Shown here: in pieces, positions 13,259-26,342 of the stretch
Layout: the number at the start of each line of letters is the position of its first letter
Position numbering within the stretch: the first letter of the stretch is position 1
Assembly (NCBI RefSeq): GCF_003918875.1
Contig: NW_025767525.1
Location: 124,001-188,000 of the forward strand
Direction of reading: 5' to 3'
Length of the DNA: 64,000 bases
From: Haliotis rubra
Lineage: Eukaryota
Program-made: the position numbers and the translations under genes
Notes under the pieces: generated by a model
What the model saw: the letters and a program-made list of their open reading frames with translations, nothing else
Database searches by the model: none
What the model was told of the DNA's origin: nothing

Positions 13259-13545
13259 ACTAGGACACAGGTGGTTAAATGTCTAGGACACAGGTGATTA
13301 ACTGTCTAGGACACAGATGGTTAAATATCTAGGACACAGGTAGTTAAATGTCAAGGACACAGGTCTAGGACACAGGTAGTTAAATGTCTAGGACACAGGT
13401 GGTTAAATGTCTAGGACACAGGTGGTTAAATGTCTAGGACACAGATGGTTAAATATCTAGGACACAGGTAGTTAACTGTCTAGGACACAGATGGTTAAAT
13501 ATCTAGGACACGGGTAGTTAATGTCTAGGACACAGGTAGTTAAAT
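13259..13545 (+). repeat. 23-bp minisatellite (~12 copies), probably in the NCKAP1 3'UTR
   Basis: Unit gtctaggacacaggtggttaaat. Confidence 0.9.
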
Positions 13546-15067
13546 GAATGGAGCACAGTTGGTATTCATATTAATCCAATATCAGGGAGTGATTTTACTG
13601 TGAGGTGTTAAATGATTTACAAATACTAGTACATAGTATGAAGTATGAAGTATAGCTTTGTTCCAATGAGACTTAACAGATGGACCCTAGTCAGATGACT
13701 TGTGCTATGATATGATCTGGACAATTGGGATATGCAGAAGTAAAATGAATAATGTTTCTTCATAATTGAGGAAAATATTGTGAATGTATTTGTATTATTT
13801 CATGATCTGATTGTATATTGTACTAGTACTTTAGGCAGAATCGACTTGCCTTGCATGTGAACCATTTTCATATTTTTATACTTACCTTATTTCCTTATGA
13901 GTCAGAGTTACCTCCCTTTGTTCTCTGGATCCATTTGTCGTGGGTTCTATTCCCGTTTCAGCCTGATGGAGATACTTGGTCCATCAGCATCATAATAGTG
14001 CATGTGGTATTGAGTAAAAGTGAAAACTTTCTACGAAGTTCATCACTTTGGGTCACGCACCCATATATTCAGCTGGGCCATGATGACTTGGGCCTTGAAC
14101 GCACATTCGGTTGATATCCTGTAATAATACTAGTCCTTGACCTTGACCTCACACATTCATTGCCTCCAGTACCATCTGGAGAAGTACTTATACAACAGGT
14201 CAGTATGAGATATGTCAATAAAAAACATATTCACCAAGGGCATTTGTTCGGTCCCAGCTCAGCAATGAGGAGCTATTTTGTTACTATCAACAATTTGTAT
14301 TGTATACTTTATTACCTTATGCACAAACATCCGTGAAACTGACACATTGACACCATACTGAAGCGAAGCATTGCATTTTGAAGTCCTTTGTCCCATTTAT
14401 TATGCTTATGCTTGCATTTACTTTTTATGATAATATTTGTGTATAAGTCCATGGTTCTATTTCTGTAGGAAACCAATTTTTACAGTGTTTTTTTCAAATG
14501 AAACAAATTTGAGAACATCTGCTGAAGAAACGTGGAATTTCTACCCGTGGATTCTTTCATGGGCCCAATGTTCTCATCACATCCTCTACATGTTTGTCTT
14601 GCCAGCCTTTCTCCTCCCTGCTGCGGAGACAGAGCAGCATGATCCAACTCCTAGTGTTATGTTTATAGATGATATTATTTATCATATAGATCTCTTTATC
14701 GTAATCGTTTGAGCTAACATGTCCGAGGTTAGTTCCTAACTCCATATGGGGACAGTAAAAATATTATTAATATATTGATAACTTATTCATTCTGCTGATC
14801 ATGTTAAGTATTGTTGACCTTGTGTTTTGAAGGGATTCACTTCATGACACCAACAGCTTTTAAATTTATTTTTCATTTCCGGAGTTAACAGACTTTGTGG
14901 AAGGAAAAACATTATTTTTTTCGGCAAATTTATAAAAATGTTTTGCCACCAATTTTATAAAAATGTTGCACCAAGATCTGAATCTGGATTTGTTTTAAAT
15001 AGAGTACTAAGACTGTCATTTAAAAGTTGAATATGTAACTATGTTGTGTGGATGTTCTATATCTGTA

Positions 15068-15227
15068 GGGGCGGTGGGGTAGCCTAGTGGTTAAAGCGTT
15101 GGCTCGTCACACTGAGGACCCGGGTTCGAATCCCCACATGGGTAGAATGTGTGAAGCCCATTTCTGGTGTCCCTCGCCATGATGTTGCTGGAATATTGCT
15201 AAAAGCGGCGTAAAACCAAAACTCAGT
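15068..15227 (+). mobile_element. SINE family 1
   Basis: Near-consensus copy. Confidence 0.85.
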
Positions 15228-15939
15228 AAGTCTATTTCTGTAAGTGAACAGTGGTTGAGCATTAGGAACATCTCCATATTACTACAGTAATATATGAAGT
15301 GGATTATCAGCACTTGGATGTCATTGGTGAAGATGAGGCAAAGGAGAAATCCACACCTTCTTGTGTTATATGCTGAAACCGGTTCCTTCTTCCTTGCCTG
15401 TGTAGGTGATACTCTGACTGTAGATTGACTCTTAGTGTAAATAGCAAACCAACAATTACTGTCAGCCCAGTTGATCGTGCATGTGCTTATCATAAAAGTG
15501 TTTTCTCTTTCCAAAGGTGTTGTGCATGCTAATGTCACCTGGACTTGGTCAGCTCGAGGATTTTCTAGCAGATTTATTGTATGTACCGACTTGTACATAT
15601 GTCATGAACTTTTGTAATAAACTGTGAAATTAATTGAACACTTTCATGATGGAATGTATTCTGAGTTTGCAGTTTCACATGGCCCAACGCTGAGGGCTGT
15701 GTTGTCTCCCTTGGATGTCCAGGGTGGTCAAGGTCATGACCATACTTCACAGCCATTTTGACCACCTGATCCCCATTTCTGAACAATCATGAGTTACCCC
15801 CAGGTCATCTACTCACATAAATCAGGGCAGTGAGGTAGCATAATGGTTAAAGCATTCACTCGGCAAATCAAATACATGGGTTCAAAACCCACATGGGTAG
15901 AATATGCAGAACTCATTTTGTGGCTCTTGCTGATGCTTC

Positions 15940-16100
15940 AGTGACCCATGCTTGTCGTAAGAGACGACTTACGGGATCAGGGTGGTCAGGCTCGCTGACT
16001 TGGTTGACACATGTCATCGGTTCCCAATTGCGCAGATCGATGCTCATGCTGTTGATCACTGGATTGTCTGGTCCAGACTCGATTATTTCCAGACCGCCAC
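15940..16100 (+). mobile_element. SINE family 3 fragment
   Basis: Family 3 core. Confidence 0.7.
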
Positions 16101-18037
16101 CATTGACTACACAAGCATCCATCAACACAGTATGGATATGTGACATGCATGTGCCTTGAGTCTGACCAACCGATCTATCAGTCTCCTTTAATGACAAGCA
16201 TGGGTTACTAAACACCAAAATATGAAGGTGGTGTAAACCATTTGCACATACAAACAAACACAGTGGAGTTATATAAGGATATATTTTATTTACAATATCA
16301 GTCTATTATCCCTGACAATGGACAATTACATGGGACTTGTACAGATCTGACAAAACGATTGTGAAGGCACGGAATGTGAAAAGATCATTGCTACAGTGGT
16401 CTACAGTGATTATTGCGAGGATGATACAACTGATCAAATGATGGCCCCTTGACGGAAAGAGAAAGCCAGGGATTTTAGACTTTGGTGAACACAGGCAAGG
16501 GAATGTTGCCAACAGAGGATACAAATCTGGAATCCAAACCACAATCGGTGGATCCTGATGCTTTTGCTCGGTGGGCTGTCCATATCGCTACATTTGAAGA
16601 ACATTTCACAAGACGAGCCCATACTGGACATAAAATATTATATTTTCTGTCAGATTCCTTGGATGAAATTTCAAGTCTTAAGTCGATAAGTAACTAAAAA
16701 GGCTGCAAGTTACCATGATTACTGAATGAAAATAACTGAAGGAATCATCTCCTCACACTTACAAGTATTGCTTGCTGAATTCAAGCTTAAAAAAAAGGAA
16801 ACTGTATGACACTGCATGATACTCTTGGACAAATGTTGTGTATGATAACAGTTAAACTGAGGAATATATACACAAAATACAAAGCACTGTGTAAAACTAG
16901 CTTACAAAACAATTCATGACTATAAATGTCAACATGGTCAAGAAAGGATGTTAATGAAATACACAAAATAAAATACAAAAACTTGTTTATGTACATTAAA
17001 GTGATTAATATGTTTGTTAGTGGTAACATACATCATAAATATACATGCAGTTCTGTATCAAACAAAACAAGGTGTTAGGAAAATGTCATGACTAACTGGA
17101 GTATCACAAGGTCATTTAGTGATTGCTCCATTCTCAAAGCAGTGGTGTTAACTCTTGGCAAGATCGATTGTGATAATGGTCATTGATGTTAACTTTGTGT
17201 CCAGTATGAAATCAACATATATCTTTCACATTAACAATATATAATCATTAATTCTGTGTTAGGACAGGAGTGTTTTTCGTAAAAAGTAAAATAATGCTCT
17301 GTTTGAATGACACACATATTTCAAGAGATCTTTCTTGAGATATTATCATCAAATATTTCTTAATTATTTGTTTCCAGCATCATGGTATTGTGACAAAAGA
17401 AAATTAACCATCCTTAGAATTTTCAGGGATCGTATTAAAGAATAAATAAGCTTACAGGCACAAAAATCAATTGATATCAATTCTTATCTTGATTTCAATT
17501 AAAATCTGTTGTGTAGTAACCATGGTAACACTCAATGAGTTACTGACAATTAAAAAACAAGAGGATGTACACAACTGCTTTACCTTACATCACACAAGTT
17601 AAAATCAGGACAAACTAAAATTCTTCATTATGTGAAAAAATGGGTCAAACCTTACAGCGTCACTAAATTAGTGAATCTATTATTCTGGGTTGAGCCAATA
17701 TCTACAACCAGTGATTATATAAACAGGAAATGTACATCTAGTACATAAATGTGTACAGTTGAAGCAGAAAAGATACATAATCGTGTCCCTCTCAATGCAC
17801 AATACCATTCAATGTACCTATTTCTTGACAAGATGAATGTTCATATTAGAGCGCCATTGTTAAAAGGACTGTACACTATTTCATTATTTTACCCCTCATA
17901 TTTCTACAGGGACCATTGAAACTTTTATTTGTGGATCATCTGGACCGTCAGTGTTGTAAAACCTTGTACAAAATATTGATTTCTCCTCAATGATGTCTAC
18001 GTCAATATATACACGCTATACACATTTCATTTAGCAC

Positions 18038-19585
18038 TCACAGAGTGTGACTTCCCCTGATGCCTATAGGACTGAGAGCGAAGCCGATGGTGATGTAGAT
18101 GAGGACGGAGGCTACAATCGTGATCATCCCCATCATAAACGCATACTGGGACCACTTGTTGGAGTACTTGAGGTCACCTTGTCCATAAGCTCTGACCGAC
18201 ATGTCTGAAAACAAAAACGTTTGATGAGTGAGTGTGGTTTTATGCTGCCTTTAGCAATATTCCAGCAATTATATTATCATGGCAAGGGACAACAGAAATG
18301 GGCTTCAATCAATGAGCGTACTACATTTTGTTATTTAATTTTCATAAATAACACTTTTAGAGACCTTTTTGTGTGACATGCAGAATTTCCCTATCTGTGG
18401 TCTGCCTCAGACAGTCACGCTAATGAGTGACCCCCTTTTAGGTAGTCACTTTTACGCGTAACAGAAGATCATCGCATGTACAAGATACATCATCTACTGA
18501 TAGATATAAATTTGAACATCAATGAAACCTTTTTTACAATTGTAATTCCAAATCTGTTTCACAAGCAGGTTTGTCAAGACATTCACAGACAAGTAACTGA
18601 TCATCATGATTAACTCATATTGAAAATACTTAATAAGTTGTTCAAAATGGACATATTGTACATCAAACATAGCATTGTTCCTTTCAAAATTGAGGGCATA
18701 TTTTAAAACAAGAAAACACAGGCCTTGTTTCCAAGCAGCTTTTAAATTATGGAAATATAGAAACTGGTAGATATAAACACACCAAAAAACGTAAGATTGT
18801 GTGAAATGTGTTCCTGTAACTATGTAAAAAATAAGTACCACTTCTTATTGATATGTACTGCTTTGGGACCGTTCATAATTTATGGCTAGGGGTGATGATG
18901 ACTTTTATGGAGAAGCATGTACAGTGTGACTGACCCCCCTATAATTTATGTATAAAGTAAGTGACCCCCCTGCATGTCATGTACAAAATCAATGACCCTC
19001 CCCATATTTTGTAAGCCTAATTTTTAAATATTTTTATGTACAAAATTGATGACCCTCCTAGTACACATGTACAAAATTGATGACCCTGCCCCCCTACCTC
19101 GCCAGAACAAAATGGGTGACCCCCCTTAAAATCATCATCACCCCCTAGCCATAAATTATGAACGGCCCTTTATGATGATATACATATCCCTGGTGATGTT
19201 TTCACTCTTCCAACCTTGTGGAAATTTAACCGGTGTGTAATGGTACTCCTCTGGCCTTAAGAAATCTTGCCATGTTCATTTTCTATTAACAATCGTGGTC
19301 ACTGCAGTTTCAACGCTGCTGATGTATAACGTTGTATCATTCACATTCACATGAATAAAGAATTGAATTGGAATACTTACATGCAAAGAAGATGGCGAAG
19401 GGTCCAATAAGTGGGTTCAGGATGGTCACAACAATGGCCAAGGGCATGTAGGAGTGGGGCTTGGGTCCGATGTAATGACCCTGATAGATCGCTGGGTGGG
19501 ACAAGACTGGGTCACGTGTCACAAGCACCTGCTTCGATGTCGTGCGGTAGATCTCAGCATTGTCTCCGGGGGTCGGGGTCGTCAT
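18038..19585 (-). CDS. CD225/dispanin-family (IFITM/PRRT-like) small membrane protein, ~123 aa
   Basis: Exons 19585-19381 and 18204-18038 (phase-1 GT-AG intron) give MTTPTPGDNAEIYRTTSKQVLVTRDPVLSHPAIYQGHYIGPKPHSYMPLAIVVTILNPLIGPFAIFFAYMSVRAYGQGDLKYSNKWSQYAFMMGMITIVASVLIYITIGFALSPIGIRGSHTL*. The P-x-S-Y...hydrophobic...G-x-x-A...GD...TM layout fits CD225. An acceptor tttcag lies directly before the ATG, and a candidate AATAAA is on the - strand at 16285-16290. Confidence 0.8.
18865..19168. mobile_element. MITE with ~40-bp TIRs (PIF/Harbinger-like) in the dispanin intron
   Basis: gggaccgttcataatttatggctagggg...cccctagccataaattatgaacggccc, with internal tgacccc subrepeats. Confidence 0.75.
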
Positions 19586-20429
19586 GCTGAAATATGTTGC
19601 TGAATTAGAACACTGGGTTGTGGATGACTGAAATGCTAAATGTCCTGATAATTGCAATTATCTCAAAGTCATGAGAGGCGGAATTCCAAAGTGATGAAGG
19701 CTGAAACACTTTCCCTCATCTGAAACCCCCACAAACTGGTATCACCGAGTGAGTGAGTGCGGTTTTATGCCACTTTTAAGCAATATTCCAGCAATATCAC
19801 AGCAGTGGTCACTAAGACTCTAGTGAGAGACCTAAACTTGAAATGGAAGAATTTAAATAGGGGGTTAGGTATTTGCAGTGCTAACAAAAACAATTGTCAC
19901 AAATGAGCTATTAGTAAACATATTGGGGATTAACATGTATTTGAAAGTTTGTTATTATAAGGTTTTAACCTATTTGGAAGCTAAACATGTGACTCCCTTG
20001 AAACTAATTAGTTGGCAAGTGACATCTATTGTTTGTTGATTAGCTCTTGGCAATTAGGCTGCTGTCTAGACTTAAACAATAGAGCAGACTTAAATTGGTG
20101 TCAACAATGTTGTTTTAGCAATGTTTAGGGTTATGTTTTTATAGTTGAACTATGGGGACTAAAGTTTGTTAGCACTGACATTTAAGTCATACCTTGCACG
20201 ACACCTTAAATGAAATATTGTAATTAGATTGAACATTATACCAATACCGATAATATATTGAATGCTAGATTTATGTGACAAAGTATTTAAAGTTTTGTAT
20301 TTAGGCAATCTGGAAGAATAGTTCATTTTGATAGTTAATATATTAACAAATATTGTCAAACATTTATATCTAACTTACTCAAAACCTATGTTTATATTTA
20401 AAGTCCATGATAGTATCATCACTCATTTG

Positions 20430-20900
20430 GTTTAAACGTATTTATTCATAAAATGAATGGATTGGCAAACAAGCTACAAGCTTATATTAATGCCGTTCCA
20501 ATACAATTTACAAAGATAAATAAACCAAAATTATCATACCGGATGCTAGTAATCACATGACAAACCACAAGGTTAATCTACAGTCAGGTGATAATTAATA
20601 TTTCAACAGCAATTTCATTATTACAACTGATATAATTCTTGAAGCTTACAGTTCTTCAACCATATTTGGGTACCAAATCTACAAGAAGCAGTGATGAAGA
20701 GGCAAACAGATTTTAAGATAGCTAGGTTATCGAGATCAAATATTTCACTATTTCCATATAGAATTGTGTTTAAGCTGTACCCATTTTTGTAATCTACCGC
20801 ATCGATTCATTTCCTAACACAGCATTGCTTGAACAGACAAGCAGATAGTGTTGTGTCACTCATTTTTTAATTAAGGTTGCACAATTTACGAAAAAGCAAA
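20430..20900 (-). mobile_element. Degraded LINE 3' end (CR1-like)
   Basis: Minus-strand remnant reading LNTILYGNSEIFDLDNLAILKSV, then a short stem-loop and AATAAA. Family assignment tentative. Confidence 0.4.
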
Positions 20901-21277
20901 AAAACGGACGCTTAACAACACAATCTTTATTTCCGTGTTTCTCCACCCCACCCTTTTCATTTGATTCAGACATGTTTCAACTAACACTTCCTCAATGTCT
21001 GTGAAATATTATTCTGTTAACATGTAGGCCTCTCCCTGCTGGAGGACAGGGCTGCTGATGGATGTGATTAGTTCAGGGCCGAAGCCAGGAAACAAACAAC
21101 TATTACTCTCACCCAAACCACTCTTGTCCCACCAAAGGTACTACTTGATATTCTAAACAATGTACCAATTTATAAAATTACAGTTACAAAAAATATTCTT
21201 TTATCACAAGGATTTATCTGAGACCATATGAAAAACAACTGGAGTTCACCCTTGTCGTGCTGGTAATTACTATGAAA

Positions 21278-21626
21278 GAGGTGAGGTGAGGTGAAATTGG
21301 ATTTAACGTCGTGCTTGAGAATATTTCGCTCATATGACGATGTGCATGCGTGTGTGTGTGTATGTGCGGCTGCTTGTACTAGCCCAGACTGAAGCTGGTT
21401 TTATAGTGCTAGCCCACTGAGATACCATGCCGCAGTGAAGCATGGATACCCCACTCAGACACATTATACTGACTCCGAGCCGACCAGTCCTTGTACCCAT
21501 TAATGCCGAGCGCCAGGCAGGGACCAATAAGTACCATATTTTAACGTCTTTTGGTATGACGCGGTCGGGGATCGAACCCGCGACCTTCCGCTCTCCGAGC
21601 TGACGCTCTAACCACTACACCACGGA
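21278..21626 (-). mobile_element. SINE family 2
   Basis: Full-length reverse copy, TSD atgaaagag. Confidence 0.85.
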
Positions 21627-22109
21627 CAATGAAAGAGAGGCCATTCTTAGACTTGGGTTGCGAAGGTCTTGACATCAGAACTGACAAATCTGACTAAACA
21701 TATATCTACCCTGTTAACGTAAAAACCCACAAACACTACTGTGATGACTATAACACAGACAAATTCAGCCCTTTACATTGTAATTAGGGGCATCAAAAGG
21801 GTGAAATATGTATTTTGTCCAGTCTATCGCCTTTTGAACATGATCTGTTTAAACTTCAACCTGTAAGGTACGGACAGTAAGTAGCATTATTAATAAGATC
21901 AGATATTATTAATTAAATATTTCCTCGGGTCGATCAGTAATCATCAACAGAAACGTGTAAACGATGTAGTTTTCCAATAGGAAGTGTCGCATTCCTAATA
22001 CAACCATGGCCGAATACCGATGATCAAAACACACAAAATAGGTCATCAGTGCCAGGTGTGATTTAGAGTAATTACAGGTAGATCGTCTCAAATATTATTC
22101 CTCACTTAC

Positions 22110-22241
22110 CTTGCTTAAAGGTTGTCCTAAGTATGTAAATGTTGTGTTCGTCGTTACAGTAAAAAGAAGTTCAGCATCAGATGAGAAATCCCTTCCCCAA
22201 AACTTCAAACATTCAGGTAATTCAACAACTGCGCATGCGCA
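22110..22241 (-). promoter_or_regulatory. Probable promoter and 5'UTR exon of the dispanin-like gene, with an NRF1 site
   Basis: Strong minus-strand donor AAG|GTAAGT at 22110/22109. Perfect NRF1 palindrome TGCGCATGCGCA at 22230-22241 in a locally CpG-richer patch. Confidence 0.55.
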
Positions 22242-23261
22242 AAGGTGTGTACAGGTGAGTCACGGATGTCGCTGAACTCGCGACAGTGCGGCACGTATCT
22301 GTAAATGGATTAGTGGATAGGCAAATGTCTCAAAAGTCAATATTGACAAACATTATTCGTGACAACTTCTTTTATTTCGTGAGTACGGTGTTCAATACAG
22401 ATATTTATACGATTGTCAAACAGGGATGACTGCATGTTATCCATAAAGTTTGCCTATATTGTAGTTCCCAACTTCTAAAATTCCACTGAAACAAGTATCA
22501 AAAGTCGATGTAAGGAGAAACTTACGTCAATACGATCCGGGTTCAGGTGGTGTCTTGTTAGCTTTTCGTAAAATTTCATATTGGTTTCAAAATTACAAAT
22601 ATCACACAGGAATCAGTGGCTTACTGCCTGAACTCAATCTAAGTAATAACAATAATTATGTTGCTTTAAAAAATAATACGAACCGTCATTTATCATACAT
22701 AGGACACAATGGTTACAATTCAATGCTTACAAATTGTTTAATATATTTTAGTTTAGTTTAGTTTAAAATTTAAAAAATGAACATTTACTATGATGCCCAA
22801 ACAATCTTAAACCTTTTTAGAATTTAAATCCCAGGTTATGATACAGACATTTTTATGTACATATTTTGTCATTAACGTAATAACTATGCGGATTTATTCA
22901 TAACCCAGATAATATCAAGCGCATTAACCATTTCACTCATATAACAAAATATGGTACCCACTAAAACCTCTCACAGGGTCATCCTGTGTCACCAGGTAGC
23001 CCGGAGGGGGGTGAGGTAGATACTGTGATAGGTAGGTTTCAGCGCACCTTTGAAGTCGACATTATGCAAGAAGGTGTGTACATGTCTTGGGGCTATCCCA
23101 CGTGGGTCTAATCGCAGACCTTCCAAACAAACAATTACGTACGTAGCAGTGTTTGCCTTTAAGCTAAATGTTTTGTAGGGCGTGTCCTGAAATTCTACGA
23201 TTCTTTAAGACCACGCGTATTCGCCATCAGTACCGTGCCTGCAGCTCTTCAAGTGTCATGA

Positions 23262-23430
23262 GGGGCGGTGGGGTAGCCTAGTGGTTAAAGCGTTGGCTCG
23301 TCACGCCGAAGACCCGGGTTCGAATCCCCATATGGGTACAATGTGTGAAGCCCATTTCTGGTGTTCCCCCGCCGTGATGTAGCTGGAATATTGCTAAAAG
23401 CGGCGTAAAACCAAACTCAGTCAGTCAGTC
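23262..23430 (+). mobile_element. SINE family 1
   Basis: Consensus copy, TSD tcaagtgtca. Confidence 0.85.
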
Positions 23431-23589
23431 AAGTGTCAAGTGTCATTGATCAGCATTAGCATCTACTTATTTATCTATCCTTTAATATCCGTCCACCAAC
23501 TAATATATACAGAGGAGCAAAAGATACTATACCTCTCAGCTGATTTTATCATGTTTGATCAGTTGAAAATATATGAATTATTAGTTAGC

Positions 23590-23800
23590 TTTGGTTGGTT
23601 TGTGGCTGTCAGCAATATTTCAGTTATATGGAGGCGGTCTGTAAATAATCGAGTGTGGACAATCCAGTGATAACATCCTGGGCATCGATCTACGCAATTG
23701 GGATACCAAGTCAGCGAACCTGACCACCCGATCCCGTTAGTGACCAATTTCGACAAGCATGGGTTGCTGAAGAACAATTCTAATCCGGATCTTTACGGGT
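23590..23800 (-). mobile_element. SINE family 3
   Basis: Reverse family 3 core. Confidence 0.7.
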
Positions 23801-24414
23801 CTCTATGTTTGCGATATTTCATATGATAAAAAACAACCAACACCAAACAATATATATACAACTGTACTGGCGTTTAGCCTACACCTAAAAAACACGGCTA
23901 CATGTATTTATTTTGTAAGTTAAATTTGCTTTAAAACTTAAACAGAAACACTTCGTTCCCCAACCACACTGCATGATCCGATCGATAAATTGAAATGGAA
24001 ACATGTTATATTTGGGATTACACATTCTTAGCAAAGTACAGATTCTAGTACTTTTTTATTTATTTGTGGCATTGTGTAATCAGAATTGAAATGGGGTATA
24101 AAGTCGCTTTCAAGAGTATTGCACGTGTAAATGCACGTGTGTCTCCTTGTTTAAGTCCCGACTACCGATGATTTTATTGTGCTAGTCCACGGATATACAA
24201 GCCACAGTACATGCACATCCAAGTCAAACTCGCAGTTTTCCGATCCTTGTGCCATCCCGTTTATGCTGTCCGTCGGGCAAAGTAACAACAAGCACCACAT
24301 TTTAACGTATGTTGGTGTGGCAGAGATAGACACCCTGACTTCCAGTTCCCTGGGCAGACGCTCTATCCACTAGACAACAGGTGGTTGTTATCGTCACATG
24401 AATATGTCAGTGAG

Positions 24415-24580
24415 AGTGAGTGAGTGAGTTTAGTTTTACGCCGCCTTTGCAGTAGTCCAGCAATATCACAGCGGGGAACACCAGCAATGGTCTTCACACA
24501 TTGTACCCATGTGGGGAATCGAACCCGGGTCTTCATCACGGCGAGCGAACGATTTAACCACTAGGCTACCCCACCGAACC
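24415..24580 (-). mobile_element. SINE family 1
   Basis: TSD tatgtcagtgag. Confidence 0.85.
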
Positions 24581-24735
24581 TATGTCAGTGAGAACAAGGA
24601 AGGAAATGGTACACATGCAGTTCCCCCTCTGGCCTACATATAATCTTGTCTTGTTTGTTGTCTGACGCCGCAACTACATCCCAACTACACGACAGCATAA
24701 ATAGTCGAATGAACACCAGACATTCCAGTGATTGA

Positions 24736-25136
24736 TAGGGCTGCGCAATATAACCGGTTTACCGGTTTTTACCGGTTCAGATATGAAAACGATACGTATT
24801 GCGATACGCTGATCGAAAACCGGTATATTGACAAGCATTCGGAAAACTTCGTAACACTCATACTTCGGATATTTCTGTTTTTTTTAAATTGTTGGTTTCC
24901 TTTGTGCCAAATATTACTCACATTTTTATTTTGTCATGATTGAAAGTTTTTATTAAAGCTTAATCAAGCATAGTGATTTTGTTGTGTTTTTGCTTTATAA
25001 ATCAAGCATTAACTCGATTATAAGTACATTTTTGTTTAAAAAAACTTCTTGCAATATATTGCAAAACATATCGCAATATATGCTTTTGCATCGCAATATA
25101 TCGCAATATGAAAATTCTCTGCAATACCCACCCCTA
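24736..25136. mobile_element. Non-autonomous hAT element nested in a family 3 SINE
   Basis: Ends tagggctg...caccccta, 8-bp TSD gtgattga (24728-24735 and 25137-25144). Second copy at 37926-38316. Confidence 0.85.
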
Positions 25137-26342
25137 GTGATTGATAGCACGAGCGTCAATCTACGATTTGGGACATGACGACATGCATCAACCAAGTCAA
25201 CGAATCTGACAACCTAATCCCGCAAGTCATATCTTGCGACCAGCATGGGTTGCTGATGACCAGTTCTGTCCCGGATCTTGACGGGACCTAGGTATGTTCA
25301 AACATTGGTCACAACATGGGAACGGTTCTCGGGTCTCAGATACTGGCATTTTATTCTTTATCTAGCAATAGAAGTTGTGTCTTGGTCACATGACATCAGT
25401 CTCACTAAGCCATTCAAAAGGCTGCCAGAAGTCAAATCTTTGTTTCAGTTTCGGACAATACATCCTTACTACCGACAGCAGTGTCACCTCCTTCTTCTTT
25501 TTGCTTCCGGATAAGCCGAAGGTCAAGGTTACTGACAGATGCTGAGCAGTGTCAAATATCCATGTATTTTATTTTTAAATCCAAGTACTTTGAAGTTTGA
25601 ATCAGGGCTGATTTCAGTGATATTCAAGAACGTACCAGTAATATCACAGTTCGGACTCTTAGCACCACCATTATATCCACTTGAGGAATAAAACACTCGG
25701 CTCTTGTGTTGTACGAGCGAACGATTTACGCAACGCTTTTCACATCCTCAAGCAAATGATACTTAATGGCTGTGCAGAGGCGTTACAATTATAAACCGTT
25801 CGTAAACTACGAAATTCGCATAGAAAAATGAGGAAACGTTTCATTGACATTTCAATGCCGTTGGTGACACTGGATTAGTTCCGAGCGCCCGATGCTTGAC
25901 ACGGGATGAGTCTACAGAGAGGACGGTCTGAAAGGCTGAGTTGGTTGAACCTTTGTCAGCGTTCACAGACAGCGGATCATTACCCATGCAAGTCTGTTCA
26001 TGTTCAAGTTTTGAAAAACCCTGCATGCAAGATGTTTATCCCGAAACCAGTGAAAATGAAACTAATACTTTTAGTTAATATGATCAGATTTATTCCAGAG
26101 ATCTGCTTTTACCACAATCAGCTCTTCGCCAGGAAACATCAACAATTGCACCATGCCTGCTGAAAATCAAATCCAGGGTTTGGTGAGACGAATGAAGACT
26201 AAACACTCAGAAAGTGACGCTTGCGGTTCAAGGCTCATATAAGAACTGTGATTGCGAAAAACAAAAATCGCTGTGGCCTTATTCAGATAAGATTGCCTAA
26301 CTGATCTGGGTCTATTCTTTGTGACTCGTCCGACAAGAAGCC

